Of a stretch of DNA of 64,000 nt, positions 22,171 through 32,526 are shown piece after piece. Each line of letters begins with the position of its first letter. The first letter of the stretch is position 1. Both the position numbers and the translations under genes were made by a program. Below the pieces are notes generated by a model. That model was not told the DNA's origin. It did no database searches and worked only from the letters and a program-made list of their open reading frames with translations. The DNA is from an uncultured cyanobacterium. GTDB taxonomy: Bacteria; Cyanobacteriota; Cyanobacteriia; Cyanobacteriales; Nostocaceae. The stretch lies in assembly GCA_963740315.1 (NCBI GenBank), contig CAVUDP010000003.1, positions 64,001 to 128,000 on the forward strand, read 5' to 3'.

Positions 22171-22421
22171 GGTTCGATACGGTTTATCTGAGAAAAATAA
22201 TTGAGTTAAATCGAGATTTGAAGATTTGTAAAGCTTCTATATTATTTTATCGGTAACTTCGCCAACGATACTGTCCTGTTTACCGTAAATATTTAATCAA
22301 ATCGTTAACTTTGAAGACTCGATTATGAATTGATAAGCCTATTCCTGAAGATTAAGACTTATTGCGATTCGTTTCATGGTATTAAAATGATAAGAAGTAT
22401 GTAAAAAAAAAGGTTGTAACC

Positions 22422-22541
22422 ATGACTCCCTCTTTAGCAAATTTTCTTTGGAGCCTAGCTTGGGGTTCTGCAATCGTTGTTATTCCTGCAACGCTCTTTT
22501 TAGTTTTTATTAGCCAAAGAGATAAAATCCAACGTTTTTAG
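22422..22541 (+). CDS. psbX: Photosystem II reaction center protein X (absent from ORF track)
   Basis: Manual translation [39 protein letters not shown], upstream of ycf66. Confidence 0.93.
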   Translation: MTPSLANFLWSLAWGSAIVVIPATLFLVFISQRDKIQRF

Positions 22542-22826
22542 AATTGCTTTGGAAGCGTAGGAGACTGCGTTTCTGAAGAAAAAACAATTTATCGTCAGCT
22601 AATTGTTGGTAAGGCTTAGGTTTTGACTATTCCTTATAAAAAGGACAAGTTATACTGAATTGACACGTCTAGTCTTGTGAACTTTGAGTAACAACGTAAA
22701 GACGCGGTATTGAATAGCTCCCGTTTGGAGTCAGACAATTCGCGTCTTTACTGTAATTTGTATTTGTTTGCTGTAGAGATTTTAATTGTGAGTCGCTAAC
22801 ATAGATTTGATATTGGGAAAAGAACA

Positions 22827-23798
22827 ATGCTAACTTTTGGGCTGAACTCAGCCAGCGTTCTGGCTCAGGTAAATATAGGGACTAACCCCGCAAGTATTTT
22901 AGGAATTTTTCTAGCTATTGCTGGAGCCGGACTATATTTTCTTCGTACTGTACGTCCGGAACTTTCGCGGGATCAAGATATATTTTTCGCCGCCGTCGGT
23001 TTATTATGCGGTTTTATTTTTATTTTTCAAGGTTGGCGATTAGACCCAATTTTGCAGTTTGGTCAATTGCTTTTAGTGGGAACTACCGTATATTTTGCCT
23101 ATGAAAGTATTCGTCTGCGCGGTATCGCTACACAGCAAGCCAAGCGCAGCACGCCAATTGTAGACCGCGAACGAGATGTCAGCGATCGTTATGATTATGA
23201 CGATCGCGGTAAATATGGTGCTGAAGTAGAAGATTTTGAGCGGGACCCTTTACCTTACGATCCCTATTATGAAGAAGAGCGTCCGCCGCAGCGTCCGCAA
23301 ATTAGGGGAAGTAGGGATAGTCGTCCATCTCGTAACGAATACTACGAAGATCCAGCCGAACGTCGTCCCGAACGTCGTAATGATATAGAAAGAATTGAAG
23401 ACGACAAACCACCCCGTCGTCGCAGTTCTAATACATCTAGGCGTACAACTCGCAGTACTTCAAAGCTTGAAGAAAGCGATTGGGGTTCATCTTCTCGACC
23501 AGTTGATGATTGGGATAATTCTTCTAGTGAAGAAAGAAGACCACCTCGTCGGACTAATGACAGACCAACGACAAGCCGTAGAAGAAGTGAGGAAGATATT
23601 ATTCAACCAAGAACTTCAAGAAAACGTCGTCCCAGCAGAGATTTAGATCCCAGACGAGAACGCGGGGTTGATGAGGTCATACCCACCGATTATGAAGATT
23701 ACAATCCGATTGTTCGTTTAGAAGACGAGAAAGACAATCCCATAAATCTTGATGAAATAGATAGAGATAGAGATAGAGATCGAGATCGAGATAAATAA
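22827..23798 (+). CDS. ycf66: Ycf66 family protein
   Basis: RPELSRDQDIFFAAVGL..G.I..FQGWRLDPILQFGQ, then an R/D/E-rich tail. Confidence 0.9.
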   Translation: MLTFGLNSASVLAQVNIGTNPASILGIFLAIAGAGLYFLRTVRPELSRDQDIFFAAVGLLCGFIFIFQGWRLDPILQFGQLLLVGTTVYFAYESIRLRGIATQQAKRSTPIVDRERDVSDRYDYDDRGKYGAEVEDFERDPLPYDPYYEEERPPQRPQIRGSRDSRPSRNEYYEDPAERRPERRNDIERIEDDKPPRRRSSNTSRRTTRSTSKLEESDWGSSSRPVDDWDNSSSEERRPPRRTNDRPTTSRRRSEEDIIQPRTSRKRRPSRDLDPRRERGVDEVIPTDYEDYNPIVRLEDEKDNPINLDEIDRDRDRDRDRDK

Positions 23799-23814
23799 AG
23801 TTGCAGATTGGCGA

Positions 23815-23988
23815 TAAGTACTTAAGCAAAATTAATTGTATATTGTCATTGCGTTACCCTAACGGGTCAGCAAGCTGAACACGTTCACCGTCAGGTGCGG
23901 CTTAGTGTTCCCAATACGGGAATGGAACGAAGCAATCCCAATAACTTGAAGCTTTCCGAATGTAAAATTAATTTTGCACGACTACTTA
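23815..23988. mobile_element. MITE-like element
   Basis: TIRs TAAGTA..GCAAAATTAATT / AATTAATTTTGC..TACTTA, non-coding. Confidence 0.55.
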
Positions 23989-24010
23989 CAAGCAGCGGAA
24001 AATCATTGAG

Positions 24011-24574
24011 GTGAAAAAATTTATCCCCAGATGCTGGCTCCAATCAAAATTTTATTGGAGTCTTTGTCTTAGTTTGGTTAGTTTGCTTGTATCTTGTAGT
24101 TACAACGATATTCCCATTGGTTCTAATTCGTTGAATACTCGCTCTACCGAAGAACAACCAGCTTTAAGCGGAAACGGTCGCTTTTTAGCCTTTGTATCAA
24201 ATCGTAGCAGTACTCAGCAATTATTATTGTACGATTTAGAGCAGCAACAATTGATTCCGACACCGCGTTTGAATCGACGTAATGCGATCGCACAAAGTCC
24301 CAGTTTAAGCTACAGCGGACGTTATATAGTTTACAGCACTAGCAACCGTGGAAGACCAGTAGTCGCGCTTTACGACCGTGCCGTCGGACAGTCCCAAATC
24401 CTTACCCCGACTTACAACGGTTGGGTAAGAAACCCCAGTATCAGCCCAGATGGCAGGTATGTTGTATTTGAAACAACCATTCGCGGGCAGTGGGATATTG
24501 AAGTATTGGATAGAGGCGCGAATGTAGAGTTAGACATTCCTAACGGTGCGCCAGTAAGTGCGCCACCTGGGTAG
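24011..24574 (+). CDS. TolB-like (PD40 repeat) lipoprotein
   Basis: Lipobox LVSC; P.LSG.GR.LAF.S repeats. Confidence 0.85.
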   Translation: MKKFIPRCWLQSKFYWSLCLSLVSLLVSCSYNDIPIGSNSLNTRSTEEQPALSGNGRFLAFVSNRSSTQQLLLYDLEQQQLIPTPRLNRRNAIAQSPSLSYSGRYIVYSTSNRGRPVVALYDRAVGQSQILTPTYNGWVRNPSISPDGRYVVFETTIRGQWDIEVLDRGANVELDIPNGAPVSAPPG

Positions 24575-24930
24575 GGGAGATGGGGAGATGGGGGAGATGG
24601 GGAGATGGGGAGATGGGGAGATGGGGAGATGGGGAGACAAAAGTTAGTAGTGCGAGCATCTTGCTCGCTGGTAGTTTACCAATGCCCAACGCCCAATGCC
24701 CAACGCCCAACGCCCAATGCCCAACGCCCAACGCCCAACGCCCAACGCCCAATGCCCAACGCCCAACGCCCAACGCCCAACGCCCAATGCCCAACGCCCA
24801 ACGCCCAACGCCCAACGCCCAACGCCCAACGCCCAATCCCCAATCCCCAATCCCCAATCCCCAATCCCCAATCCCCAATGCCTAATAACCAATGCCTAAT
24901 AACCAATGCCTAATAACCAATGCCTAATAC
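24575..24930. repeat. Compound short tandem repeat array (GGGGAGAT; CCCAACG/CCCAATG; CCCCAAT; CCAATGCCTAATAA)
   Basis: Directly visible tandem 8-, 7- and 14-mers. Confidence 0.95.
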
Positions 24931-24951
24931 CCTACTAATAACTGTTCGCTG

Positions 24952-25473
24952 ATGAAAGGCTTTATTTCGATTTGCTTATTTATTAGTTTGGGTTTATTAA
25001 GTGCTTGTGGCTCTGAGCGTATCTTGAGTTACCCATTCGACACTGGCGGTAGAAGTCTCAATTCTGGTGCTTCGGAGTTAAATCCACATATTTCTAATAG
25101 ATATATTGTTTATACGAGCGATCGCCAGGGAAGCCAAGATGTTTATATGTTCGATCGGGTAACTCGCAGTTTGATTACTTTACCTGGTTTAAATTCATTT
25201 GATGCGATCGCCAGTCATCCATCGGTTTCTCAAGATGCTAAATATATTGTGTTTGCTGCTTCTCGTGAGGGAAGAAGTAATATATTTTTGTACGATAAGG
25301 AAACTCGTCAGTCACGCAATTTGACGGGTAATTTGCAAGCGGAAGTCCGCAATCCTACAATTAGTGCTGATGGCAACAGGATTGCATTTGAGTATACTTT
25401 GAACGGACAGTGGGATGTTTTGGTTTATGACAGATTAGGAAGGCGTTTGAATATACCTCAAGAACCACAGTAA
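24952..25473 (+). CDS. TolB-like (PD40 repeat) lipoprotein
   Basis: Lipobox LSAC; paralog of 24011-24574. Confidence 0.85.
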   Translation: MKGFISICLFISLGLLSACGSERILSYPFDTGGRSLNSGASELNPHISNRYIVYTSDRQGSQDVYMFDRVTRSLITLPGLNSFDAIASHPSVSQDAKYIVFAASREGRSNIFLYDKETRQSRNLTGNLQAEVRNPTISADGNRIAFEYTLNGQWDVLVYDRLGRRLNIPQEPQ

Positions 25474-25615
25474 ATTAATTAATTGAGAATTGATAATTTA
25501 ATTGATTCAATTTTATCTTGTAAGGTGTGTTACGGCATGAAACGCGATCGGTTAAAAACTAAATATTTTGATTGGCGTAACGCACCATCCTGCTTGATAA
25601 AAATTTGATTTAACT

Positions 25616-26452
25616 TTAAGCACAAAAAGAATAATTATTCCAGTCTGCTACGGGTTTATAACCAATTTGTTGATATATCTTGTTAGAAGTCGGGTTAGAT
25701 AAATCGGTAAATAAAAAGCAGAATTTATATCCTTTGTCGAGCAAAGTTTGACTTAAAGCTGCAACACAATCACCTGCAAAACCTTGTTTGCGATATTCTG
25801 TTGGCGTGTAAACCATACTTATTCCGGCACCATTTGGAGTTAAACGGGTACTACAAGCCATCGAAACTGGATTCCGATCTTGCCATAAATAAGCCGTACC
25901 TTTTTGCAACACTCTTTCAACCCAGCTTTCGCTATCCGATTCAATACTACCCAATGCTTCTAAACAAAAAGCATCATGCCAAGATTTGAGAAGTTCTTTA
26001 TCATTTTCTGTTGCTAATCTGAAATTACCTTTGACTTGCGAAAATAACTCTACTTTTTCCAACTTGAAAATACGCAGCGTCCGCAATTTATAAGATTTAC
26101 CTGTCAAAGAACACCATTTTTCTGCAAAAGCTTGGGATTCTAATACAGGAGCATTTACATTCGTTAATAATTCATACTTATGCTGTAAATCTTGAGTAAT
26201 AATATCTATTGCTTTTAAGTATTTTACTTGCGATAGGAATAAATTATAAGGAATTGTCATCATTGCCACTGCAATAATATTTCCATTCTGTTCTACCGCT
26301 GCTAAATAAGGTTTAATTTTGTATTTATCTGGATTATTAATTAAACTATTGCTAACTCCCAATAGCAAATTATGCAATACTTCATTTTCTAATAAATAAT
26401 TTTTTACCTTTTGATAAAAAAGACTTGCATCTTCAAATTGATAGAGTTTCAT
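25616..26452 (-). CDS. GNAT family acetyltransferase
   Basis: VYTPTEYRKQGFA acetyl-CoA motif; LFTDLSNPTSNKIY..IGY. Confidence 0.85.
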   Translation of the reverse strand: MKLYQFEDASLFYQKVKNYLLENEVLHNLLLGVSNSLINNPDKYKIKPYLAAVEQNGNIIAVAMMTIPYNLFLSQVKYLKAIDIITQDLQHKYELLTNVNAPVLESQAFAEKWCSLTGKSYKLRTLRIFKLEKVELFSQVKGNFRLATENDKELLKSWHDAFCLEALGSIESDSESWVERVLQKGTAYLWQDRNPVSMACSTRLTPNGAGISMVYTPTEYRKQGFAGDCVAALSQTLLDKGYKFCFLFTDLSNPTSNKIYQQIGYKPVADWNNYSFCA

Positions 26453-26512
26453 AAATTATCATTTAATTAACTTCTAAGGTGTATTGTCGTAGAGTGCAAC
26501 ACACCACAATAA

Positions 26513-26944
26513 TTAAGGAGCTAAATACCTTTCTAACTGTAGCAATAAAGGATTAATTGTTTTTTCTTGAATTAAATGTGGTGGATTCCAATCTAACCAT
26601 TTGTAGCCGCGATGTTCGGTAAGTTTCAAATCAACGTCGTGCTTCAGCCAGCCCAAGAAAATTACTAGTGTTTTTTCTACCTTTTCACCTTTAAATCTTT
26701 TATACCTAGTATGATATGTGTCGGTATACCTAAATCTAGTATCTAAATCTAGATTCTTATGTACAATTCCAGTTTCTTCAAACAATTCTCTCAAAGCACA
26801 ACTAACTTCATCTTCACCTAGCTCAATATGACCTTTAGGGATATCGTAAATATTTTTAGAACCAAAGTTTTTAAGCATCAAAAGAAAGCTTATCTGAGGT
26901 TGCTTTCTCATCACCATAACGCCACAAGATTTTGTTTTTCGCAT
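26513..26944 (-). CDS. Nudix hydrolase (Ap4A hydrolase-like)
   Basis: Nudix box PKGHIELGEDEVSCALRELFEETG; L..EH..YKW. Confidence 0.85.
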   Translation of the reverse strand: MRKTKSCGVMVMRKQPQISFLLMLKNFGSKNIYDIPKGHIELGEDEVSCALRELFEETGIVHKNLDLDTRFRYTDTYHTRYKRFKGEKVEKTLVIFLGWLKHDVDLKLTEHRGYKWLDWNPPHLIQEKTINPLLLQLERYLAP

Positions 26945-26973
26945 CGTTCATACAAATCATTTATATAAATAAT

Positions 26974-28173
26974 TTATACATATTTATGAGCAAATTCATA
27001 CATCAAATCTATTCTACCTCTACGCAACATTGCCGGATCTAATCTTTCTGTAGTATTGCAAGTCATTAACATCACTAATTGCTGTTGAATTTGCAGCCCT
27101 GAGTCATCAATTACACTTTGGTATAAAGTTCCATCCAATAAGCTTAAAATATGTTCTGTTTTATTACTGTATTGCGCGACTTCACTAGCGCGATCTTGTG
27201 CTAAATTATCAGCTTCGTTAATGATGATGCAAATTCGTTCTAAATAACTTGGTGGGACAAAGTTAGAAATAGCATCATGATCCAAAATAAAAATCACGTA
27301 GCCTAAAGGTACAAGAATTTCTTTCGCGACTGCTTGCGTCCATACGGTTTTACCCGTACCCGGTTCGCCATGTACTAATACTGCTAATTGATTTTGATTT
27401 AAAACTGCTTGCTGTACGTTATCTGTAAAATCCTGAATGTCTGTAGGAAAACTGTTAATAGAAAACTGAGTATTAACTTTCCCTACACGACTTTGATATC
27501 CGCTTAGCATCACTGCTAAATCGTAAGTCGCTTTATTAATTAATGGCGTTAAACTTTTTGCCATTAAAGTATATTGTCTTCTTCCTCTTTCATAAGGGTC
27601 AATTTGCAGCCAAATATCGTATTTTGACCAGTAAGCATAAACAGTATTGACAACTTCCAAACGTTCCCAAGTATTAAATTTTTCGATAGGTAAGTAAAAA
27701 TCTCTTTCCTGATAATACTGAGTAATCAAGTCAGGAGTTTCTAATAATTTAAGAACTCTAAATACCGTAATTTCTTGGAGTCTATTTAATAGATAATCAA
27801 TCGGAATACTGCTGCGGCTAACAAATTGAACTATCGGGGTTTCTGTACTTAAAACGTCCTTGTAACGGTGATCTGGTGTAAGTGGATCGGGAGTTACATA
27901 ATTCCAATATTTTTCAAATTCGTAGCGAATATCTTCAGAAGCCAAATTTATTATATTAGCCCACCAAGCATAATGGTTTCGTCCTAAAGTCTCGGCTAAG
28001 CTGCTGGTTAAATTTAAGGTTTTTTGAGTTAATTCCCCAGAGTCATTAGATAATAGTTGCCATATAAATTCCCAGTTAAACTCCCTATAAAAAGGTCGCC
28101 AACCGCTAGCTAGCAACGTTTGACGATTGTTATTACCGCGAGAGTTTTCTTGCCCGAAATAGTCAAATTCCAT
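26974..28173 (-). CDS. AAA+ ATPase
   Basis: Walker A GEPGTGKT, variant Walker B IIINE, SRH LDPAMLRRGRID. Confidence 0.85.
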   Translation of the reverse strand: MEFDYFGQENSRGNNNRQTLLASGWRPFYREFNWEFIWQLLSNDSGELTQKTLNLTSSLAETLGRNHYAWWANIINLASEDIRYEFEKYWNYVTPDPLTPDHRYKDVLSTETPIVQFVSRSSIPIDYLLNRLQEITVFRVLKLLETPDLITQYYQERDFYLPIEKFNTWERLEVVNTVYAYWSKYDIWLQIDPYERGRRQYTLMAKSLTPLINKATYDLAVMLSGYQSRVGKVNTQFSINSFPTDIQDFTDNVQQAVLNQNQLAVLVHGEPGTGKTVWTQAVAKEILVPLGYVIFILDHDAISNFVPPSYLERICIIINEADNLAQDRASEVAQYSNKTEHILSLLDGTLYQSVIDDSGLQIQQQLVMLMTCNTTERLDPAMLRRGRIDLMYEFAHKYV

Positions 28174-28495
28174 ATTTTCCGGTTTAGAGAAGTTTTCAAC
28201 TTTAAGTTTTCAGAAAGCTTGTACCATTTTAGATTTTAGATTTTAGATTTTAGATTTTAATAACTAATGCATTTATTTTATATCGAAAATCTTTTTTATC
28301 ATCTCGCATCAAGTCAATCTACCTTTCACCTTCACTTAAAATAAAAGGATAGATAATTATAATTGATAGATTATACTTTTCAAAATTTGGTTAATAATAT
28401 TTACAATATTGAATGTTACAAAAACTTGTTGTGACTGCAAAATTTTTCGTTAAACAAACCACTTGGGTGAAAGTCCTCACAAAGCGCGATCGCTC

Positions 28496-28675
28496 AAAAA
28501 GAACTCTTAAAGTATAAAATATTATACCTTACTGAGTTCCTACTGAGTTAAATTAATTGATTAAATTGGAAGTAGTACGGGCAGTTAGCGCGATCGCATT
28601 CTTGGACTACTTTGTGCAGTTTATCCCAAAGGCATCAGGTGGGTTTGAATATCTTACCTAAGTAAGTCGATTTTG
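28496..28675 (-). ncRNA. Candidate ~180-nt sRNA or structured leader
   Basis: Follows a TTGACA-17-TACAGT promoter; hairpin AAGTAGT/ACTACTT; ends in GAACTC..GAGTTC hairpin plus U5. Confidence 0.35.
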
Positions 28676-28710
28676 TATTACACTGTAGTATGCAATCTTT
28701 ATTTTGTCAA
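28674..28710 (-). promoter_or_regulatory. Sigma70-type promoter overlapped by two TrcR-like operator units
   Basis: Minus strand TTGACA-N17-TACAGT; ATACTACA-GT-GTAATACA over the -10/+1. Confidence 0.6.
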
Positions 28711-28920
28711 GGATTTTTTAGACTAAAAACGGCTAACATAACCATAAACCAGCTTTCCTTGTTCTTCCACAAAACCATCAATTTCAGGTTTAAAAACTTT
28801 TCTTTCTTGATAACTCCAAATTTTTCTAGTGGTATATTTGCCAAATTGCTTTGAACTTCATTTTTTTTTAACGCAAAGTTTCGCGGAGAAGAAGCAAGAG
28901 AGAAAACTAATTACCAATTA

Positions 28921-29913
28921 TCAATGCAATTCGCTTCCACCTTTACGAAGCAAATATCTATCGCTAATCAATTTTAAAGTTACTCTTCCGAAAAGTGGAT
29001 GAGTTTTTTCTATCGCGGGTTGAATTACCACACCTTCCATCATGCAATCTGGGGAAAGTGCGCTATCTTTATTATTGAATTTAGAGACTATTTCTCGACT
29101 GTAAGCACCAGAGTAAAGCAAAGGTGCTGTTGGTAATTCAAACTCTTGGCAGAAAGCAACGAAATCTTCGTAATTGAGGAAGTTTTTACCACGACGTACA
29201 GCGAATAATGCAATGCCGATTTTACCGTTTTTCAAACCGTACTTGATATCCTGTACGCCGTATATTTCTCCAAAAACTTGAGTATCTGCGGGAAGTTTTT
29301 GTAAAGCTTCGTTTTCGTGGTAAGCACGGATATAAACTAGGTTTTTATTTGCTTCGTTATTCTGCCAGAAATAATTATGGCTACCAATACGAACCGTTGA
29401 GTCGGCATCTACTAAAACAGTAAAGTTAGTTCCATGTATTTTCTCGGTAACTATTACTTCTTCGCCTTCAGTTAAAATATCTTGATAGCGTTTGAGGTGT
29501 TGTGGAGCCGGAAATTTATAGTGTCCGACATGACTTTCCATATCCCCATTCATTGTTTTGGGAATTGGATATTCATATTTAGTAATACCGAAGTATTCTG
29601 TATAATCATCTCCAACGTTTCCTATAAAATCTTCACCAACAGGAATCAGCAAACCTTCCGAGAAAATACCTCGTAGTTTTGCAGCACGCAGTTTTTTAGA
29701 ATAGTAGGAACCGATGCCGAATTCCTCTACATATTTGTCAGGAATTACGCTATCTATAGGAAAATAAAAAGCTAAATCTCCTGTTTTAAAATTCCCCTTC
29801 GCTGAAATAACTTGATAAGCCATTCCGTTTATAGAAATAATATCTAAGCGATCGGCATTAGGATGAGAATTGACGCTACTAATTTCTACTACTTCAACTT
29901 TAAATATGCTCAT
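28921..29913 (-). CDS. ATP-dependent RNA ligase, Rnl2-like DRB0094 family
   Basis: HPNADRL N-terminus, motif I TEKIHGTN, FGEIYG, EGVVI, KLIS.RY. Confidence 0.88.
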   Translation of the reverse strand: MSIFKVEVVEISSVNSHPNADRLDIISINGMAYQVISAKGNFKTGDLAFYFPIDSVIPDKYVEEFGIGSYYSKKLRAAKLRGIFSEGLLIPVGEDFIGNVGDDYTEYFGITKYEYPIPKTMNGDMESHVGHYKFPAPQHLKRYQDILTEGEEVIVTEKIHGTNFTVLVDADSTVRIGSHNYFWQNNEANKNLVYIRAYHENEALQKLPADTQVFGEIYGVQDIKYGLKNGKIGIALFAVRRGKNFLNYEDFVAFCQEFELPTAPLLYSGAYSREIVSKFNNKDSALSPDCMMEGVVIQPAIEKTHPLFGRVTLKLISDRYLLRKGGSELH

Positions 29914-30005
29914 ATTGCACCTCTATTGGAAAGTGAGGCTATAAATACATCTATTTATAGATAATTTTAAATTTTTATTCTGTGTTGGGAGGAGATTATT
30001 TATTA

Positions 30006-30043
30006 TGTAATACAACTATATTAAATGAATTAATACGTGTCAA
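30006..30043 (-). promoter_or_regulatory. Promoter of RNA ligase gene with one operator unit
   Basis: Minus strand TTGACA-N17-TATAGT followed directly by TGTATTACA. Confidence 0.5.
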
Positions 30044-30283
30044 TAAATGTCTATATATAAAGATAAAACTAATCCAAATTCATCTTTATATTCATCCCAT
30101 TGTGTTACAAAATTAAGCTTAGTACAGCCCGAACAACCCGCAAGCCACGTTTCACAGATTTCTTGAAACGATAACCGCGACGGCGTTTACTAGAAAGTTC
30201 AAAAGGAATATAAATGTTCGTCAAATTCTTCCCATTCTTGATTTCTAATATCCATAACAACCTTTTATAAGAATAAAAATCAT

Positions 30284-30745
<462 letters not shown>

Positions 30746-31132
30746 TTACTTAAGAGAAACTTTTGCTCCTGCTGCTTCCAATTGTTGCTTAATTTCTTCA
30801 GCTTCTGCGATCGCAATTCCAGTTTTTAACGTTTGAGGTAAATTCTCAACAAAATCTTTTGCTTCTTTCAACGCTAAACTTTTGATTTCGCGTATTAATT
30901 TAAGAATGGCAATTTTTTTATTAGGTGAAACTTCCTCTATAACTAAATCAAATGTATGTTTACTTTCAATTTGATTCTTATCTGGAATTAAATCAATTAA
31001 GACAGGTATTTTAATTTGAGGACGAGAACCATCAACATTGAAAGTATTTTCGATTTGTTTGACTAATTCAGCAGTTTCAATCAAGTTTAAAGACTTTAAC
31101 TGCTCTAAAATTACTACAGTTTGAACAGACAT
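30746..31132 (-). CDS. rplL: Ribosomal protein bL12 (L7/L12) paralog
   Basis: ILEQLKSLNL.E.AELVKQIE..F NTD and KKIAILK..R..L.LKEAK..VE..P..AGAKVSLK CTD; outside the rplJ operon. Confidence 0.85.
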   Translation of the reverse strand: MSVQTVVILEQLKSLNLIETAELVKQIENTFNVDGSRPQIKIPVLIDLIPDKNQIESKHTFDLVIEEVSPNKKIAILKLIREIKSLALKEAKDFVENLPQTLKTGIAIAEAEEIKQQLEAAGAKVSLK

Positions 31133-31290
31133 GATATTCCATTTTCAGCCAATATATGCTGACTTTATTTATATAGCCCCATGCTTATAACTAACAAAAA
31201 GACCGTTATAGCTACGAAATATGTAAGCTTTATCTGTCGAGATACAAAGTTAATTATTAATTCCTAATAATTCTATAAACAATTTTCTTT

Positions 31291-31341
31291 GTATTACTTT
31301 CAACTACTTATATACTACATAAATACTACAAAGGTTGTCAA
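31291..31341 (-). promoter_or_regulatory. Promoter of the bL12 paralog with an array of operator units
   Basis: TTGACA-N18-TAGTAT on minus; GTATTAC (31291), AACTAC (31302), ATACTACA (31312), ATACTACA (31323) at 10-11 bp period. Confidence 0.65.
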
Positions 31342-31517
31342 GGGGTTTGATAAAAAAAGTATTTATTTGAAATTACTGGCTAGATAAATGACAAAAATAT
31401 TCTTAAAATAGAGTACTTTACGATCGAGTTATCTAAAATCCAAAATAACAAGACAAACCAGACTAGATGTAACTATTTTCCTTGTCTGGGTTGCCTAATT
31501 ATTCTTGTATTAAACGT

Positions 31518-31910
31518 TTATTCAATTGCAAGGGAGGCGCTTTTGCGAGCTTCCAACCAGAGATTGTGGAGGAAAGATTCGGTGCTATGACTCATAGTCG
31601 TAACAAAACCACCGCTGATACTTTGGGCGTTTACTGATAGCCAATAACCCCTTAGAGAAACTTCCAAGAATTCTGTATCGCAAGCATATAATTCTATTAC
31701 TTCGCGGTTACTATCTTGCTCTACTTGAGTATGTAGTTGTCCTAACCCTGGTAAATCAACAGGAAGTAAAAATGTTGCAGTGCTGGGTTCAACGCACAAA
31801 CTTTGACCGACTCGCAAAGTTAGTATTACTCGGTCTTGTATCCATTCTTCTACGGACTGAGTTAAAAGCTCTAGGTAAAAACTATTTTCTGTATAAGTTA
31901 ATTTCAGCAT
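31518..31910 (-). CDS. Alr0857 family protein
   Basis: MLKLTYTENSF.LE.L..S.EEW...RV.L.LRVG..L.VEPSTA.FLLP. Confidence 0.75.
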   Translation of the reverse strand: MLKLTYTENSFYLELLTQSVEEWIQDRVILTLRVGQSLCVEPSTATFLLPVDLPGLGQLHTQVEQDSNREVIELYACDTEFLEVSLRGYWLSVNAQSISGGFVTTMSHSTESFLHNLWLEARKSASLAIE

Positions 31911-31926
31911 TCCTTATGCTCTCCTG

Positions 31927-32463
31927 TTATTCCAGGTTTGCTTGCACAACACCCTTCCAAAACTGTTCTGCAAAAGAAATAGTTGGATGGACGGGTGCTT
32001 TTGGTTTTGTCCGGAGTTGCATCCCGGCTTTTTTGGGGGTGCGGTTACTTTTACGACAGTTACATTTAGAACAAGCGCTTACAACGTTGTCCCAAGTATG
32101 ACGACCACCACGAGAGCGGGGAATCACATGATCCAGTGTTAAATCTTTGTTGGTACCGCAGTATTGGCAGCTATTATGGTCCCGGCGTAAAATTCCACGA
32201 CGATTTACTGGTGGTACTTTCCAAGTCCGCTCGCGAGAAGCAATTTTTAAGCGGATATGCTTGGGTACATAAACTACCAAGCTGGGCGAGCTAATATGCC
32301 ATCCACTTTCTGTAGTAATATCTAATGGTTCTGCCTTTTCAGTTACTAAAAGCACAACCGCCCGCTTAATATTCACTCGACACAGCGGCAGATAATTTTG
32401 GGAAAACACTACCACGGATTTTTCTAATACTTGCATTATGCTCATCCCAGCTTGGCTCCTCAT
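31927..32463 (-). CDS. HNH endonuclease (McrA-like); true start may be a few codons downstream
   Basis: RD..CQYCG...LTLDHVIPRSRGG..TWDNVV.AC..CN..K.NRTP. Confidence 0.9.
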   Translation of the reverse strand: MRSQAGMSIMQVLEKSVVVFSQNYLPLCRVNIKRAVVLLVTEKAEPLDITTESGWHISSPSLVVYVPKHIRLKIASRERTWKVPPVNRRGILRRDHNSCQYCGTNKDLTLDHVIPRSRGGRHTWDNVVSACSKCNCRKSNRTPKKAGMQLRTKPKAPVHPTISFAEQFWKGVVQANLE

Positions 32464-32501
32464 AAAAAACCCCCGCTTCTTTTTTCAAGGAAGCGGGGGT
32501 T
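32464..32501 (-). terminator. Intrinsic terminator directly upstream of the HNH gene (attenuator)
   Basis: 12-bp stem AACCCCCGCTTC/GAAGCGGGGGTT followed by a U tract on the minus strand. Confidence 0.7.
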
Positions 32502-32526
32502 AAATGTTGACTTACTTTGAAGTCTT

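Noticed and set aside
24540..24913. Six ORFs with [14 protein letters not shown] repeats
   Set aside because: Translations of stop-free heptamer/octamer tandem repeats; the same applies to 44595-44840.
28615..28645. CTGATG...GATAAAC on minus as a hammerhead ribozyme core
   Set aside because: Lacks the CUGANGA and GAAA consensus and the three stems.
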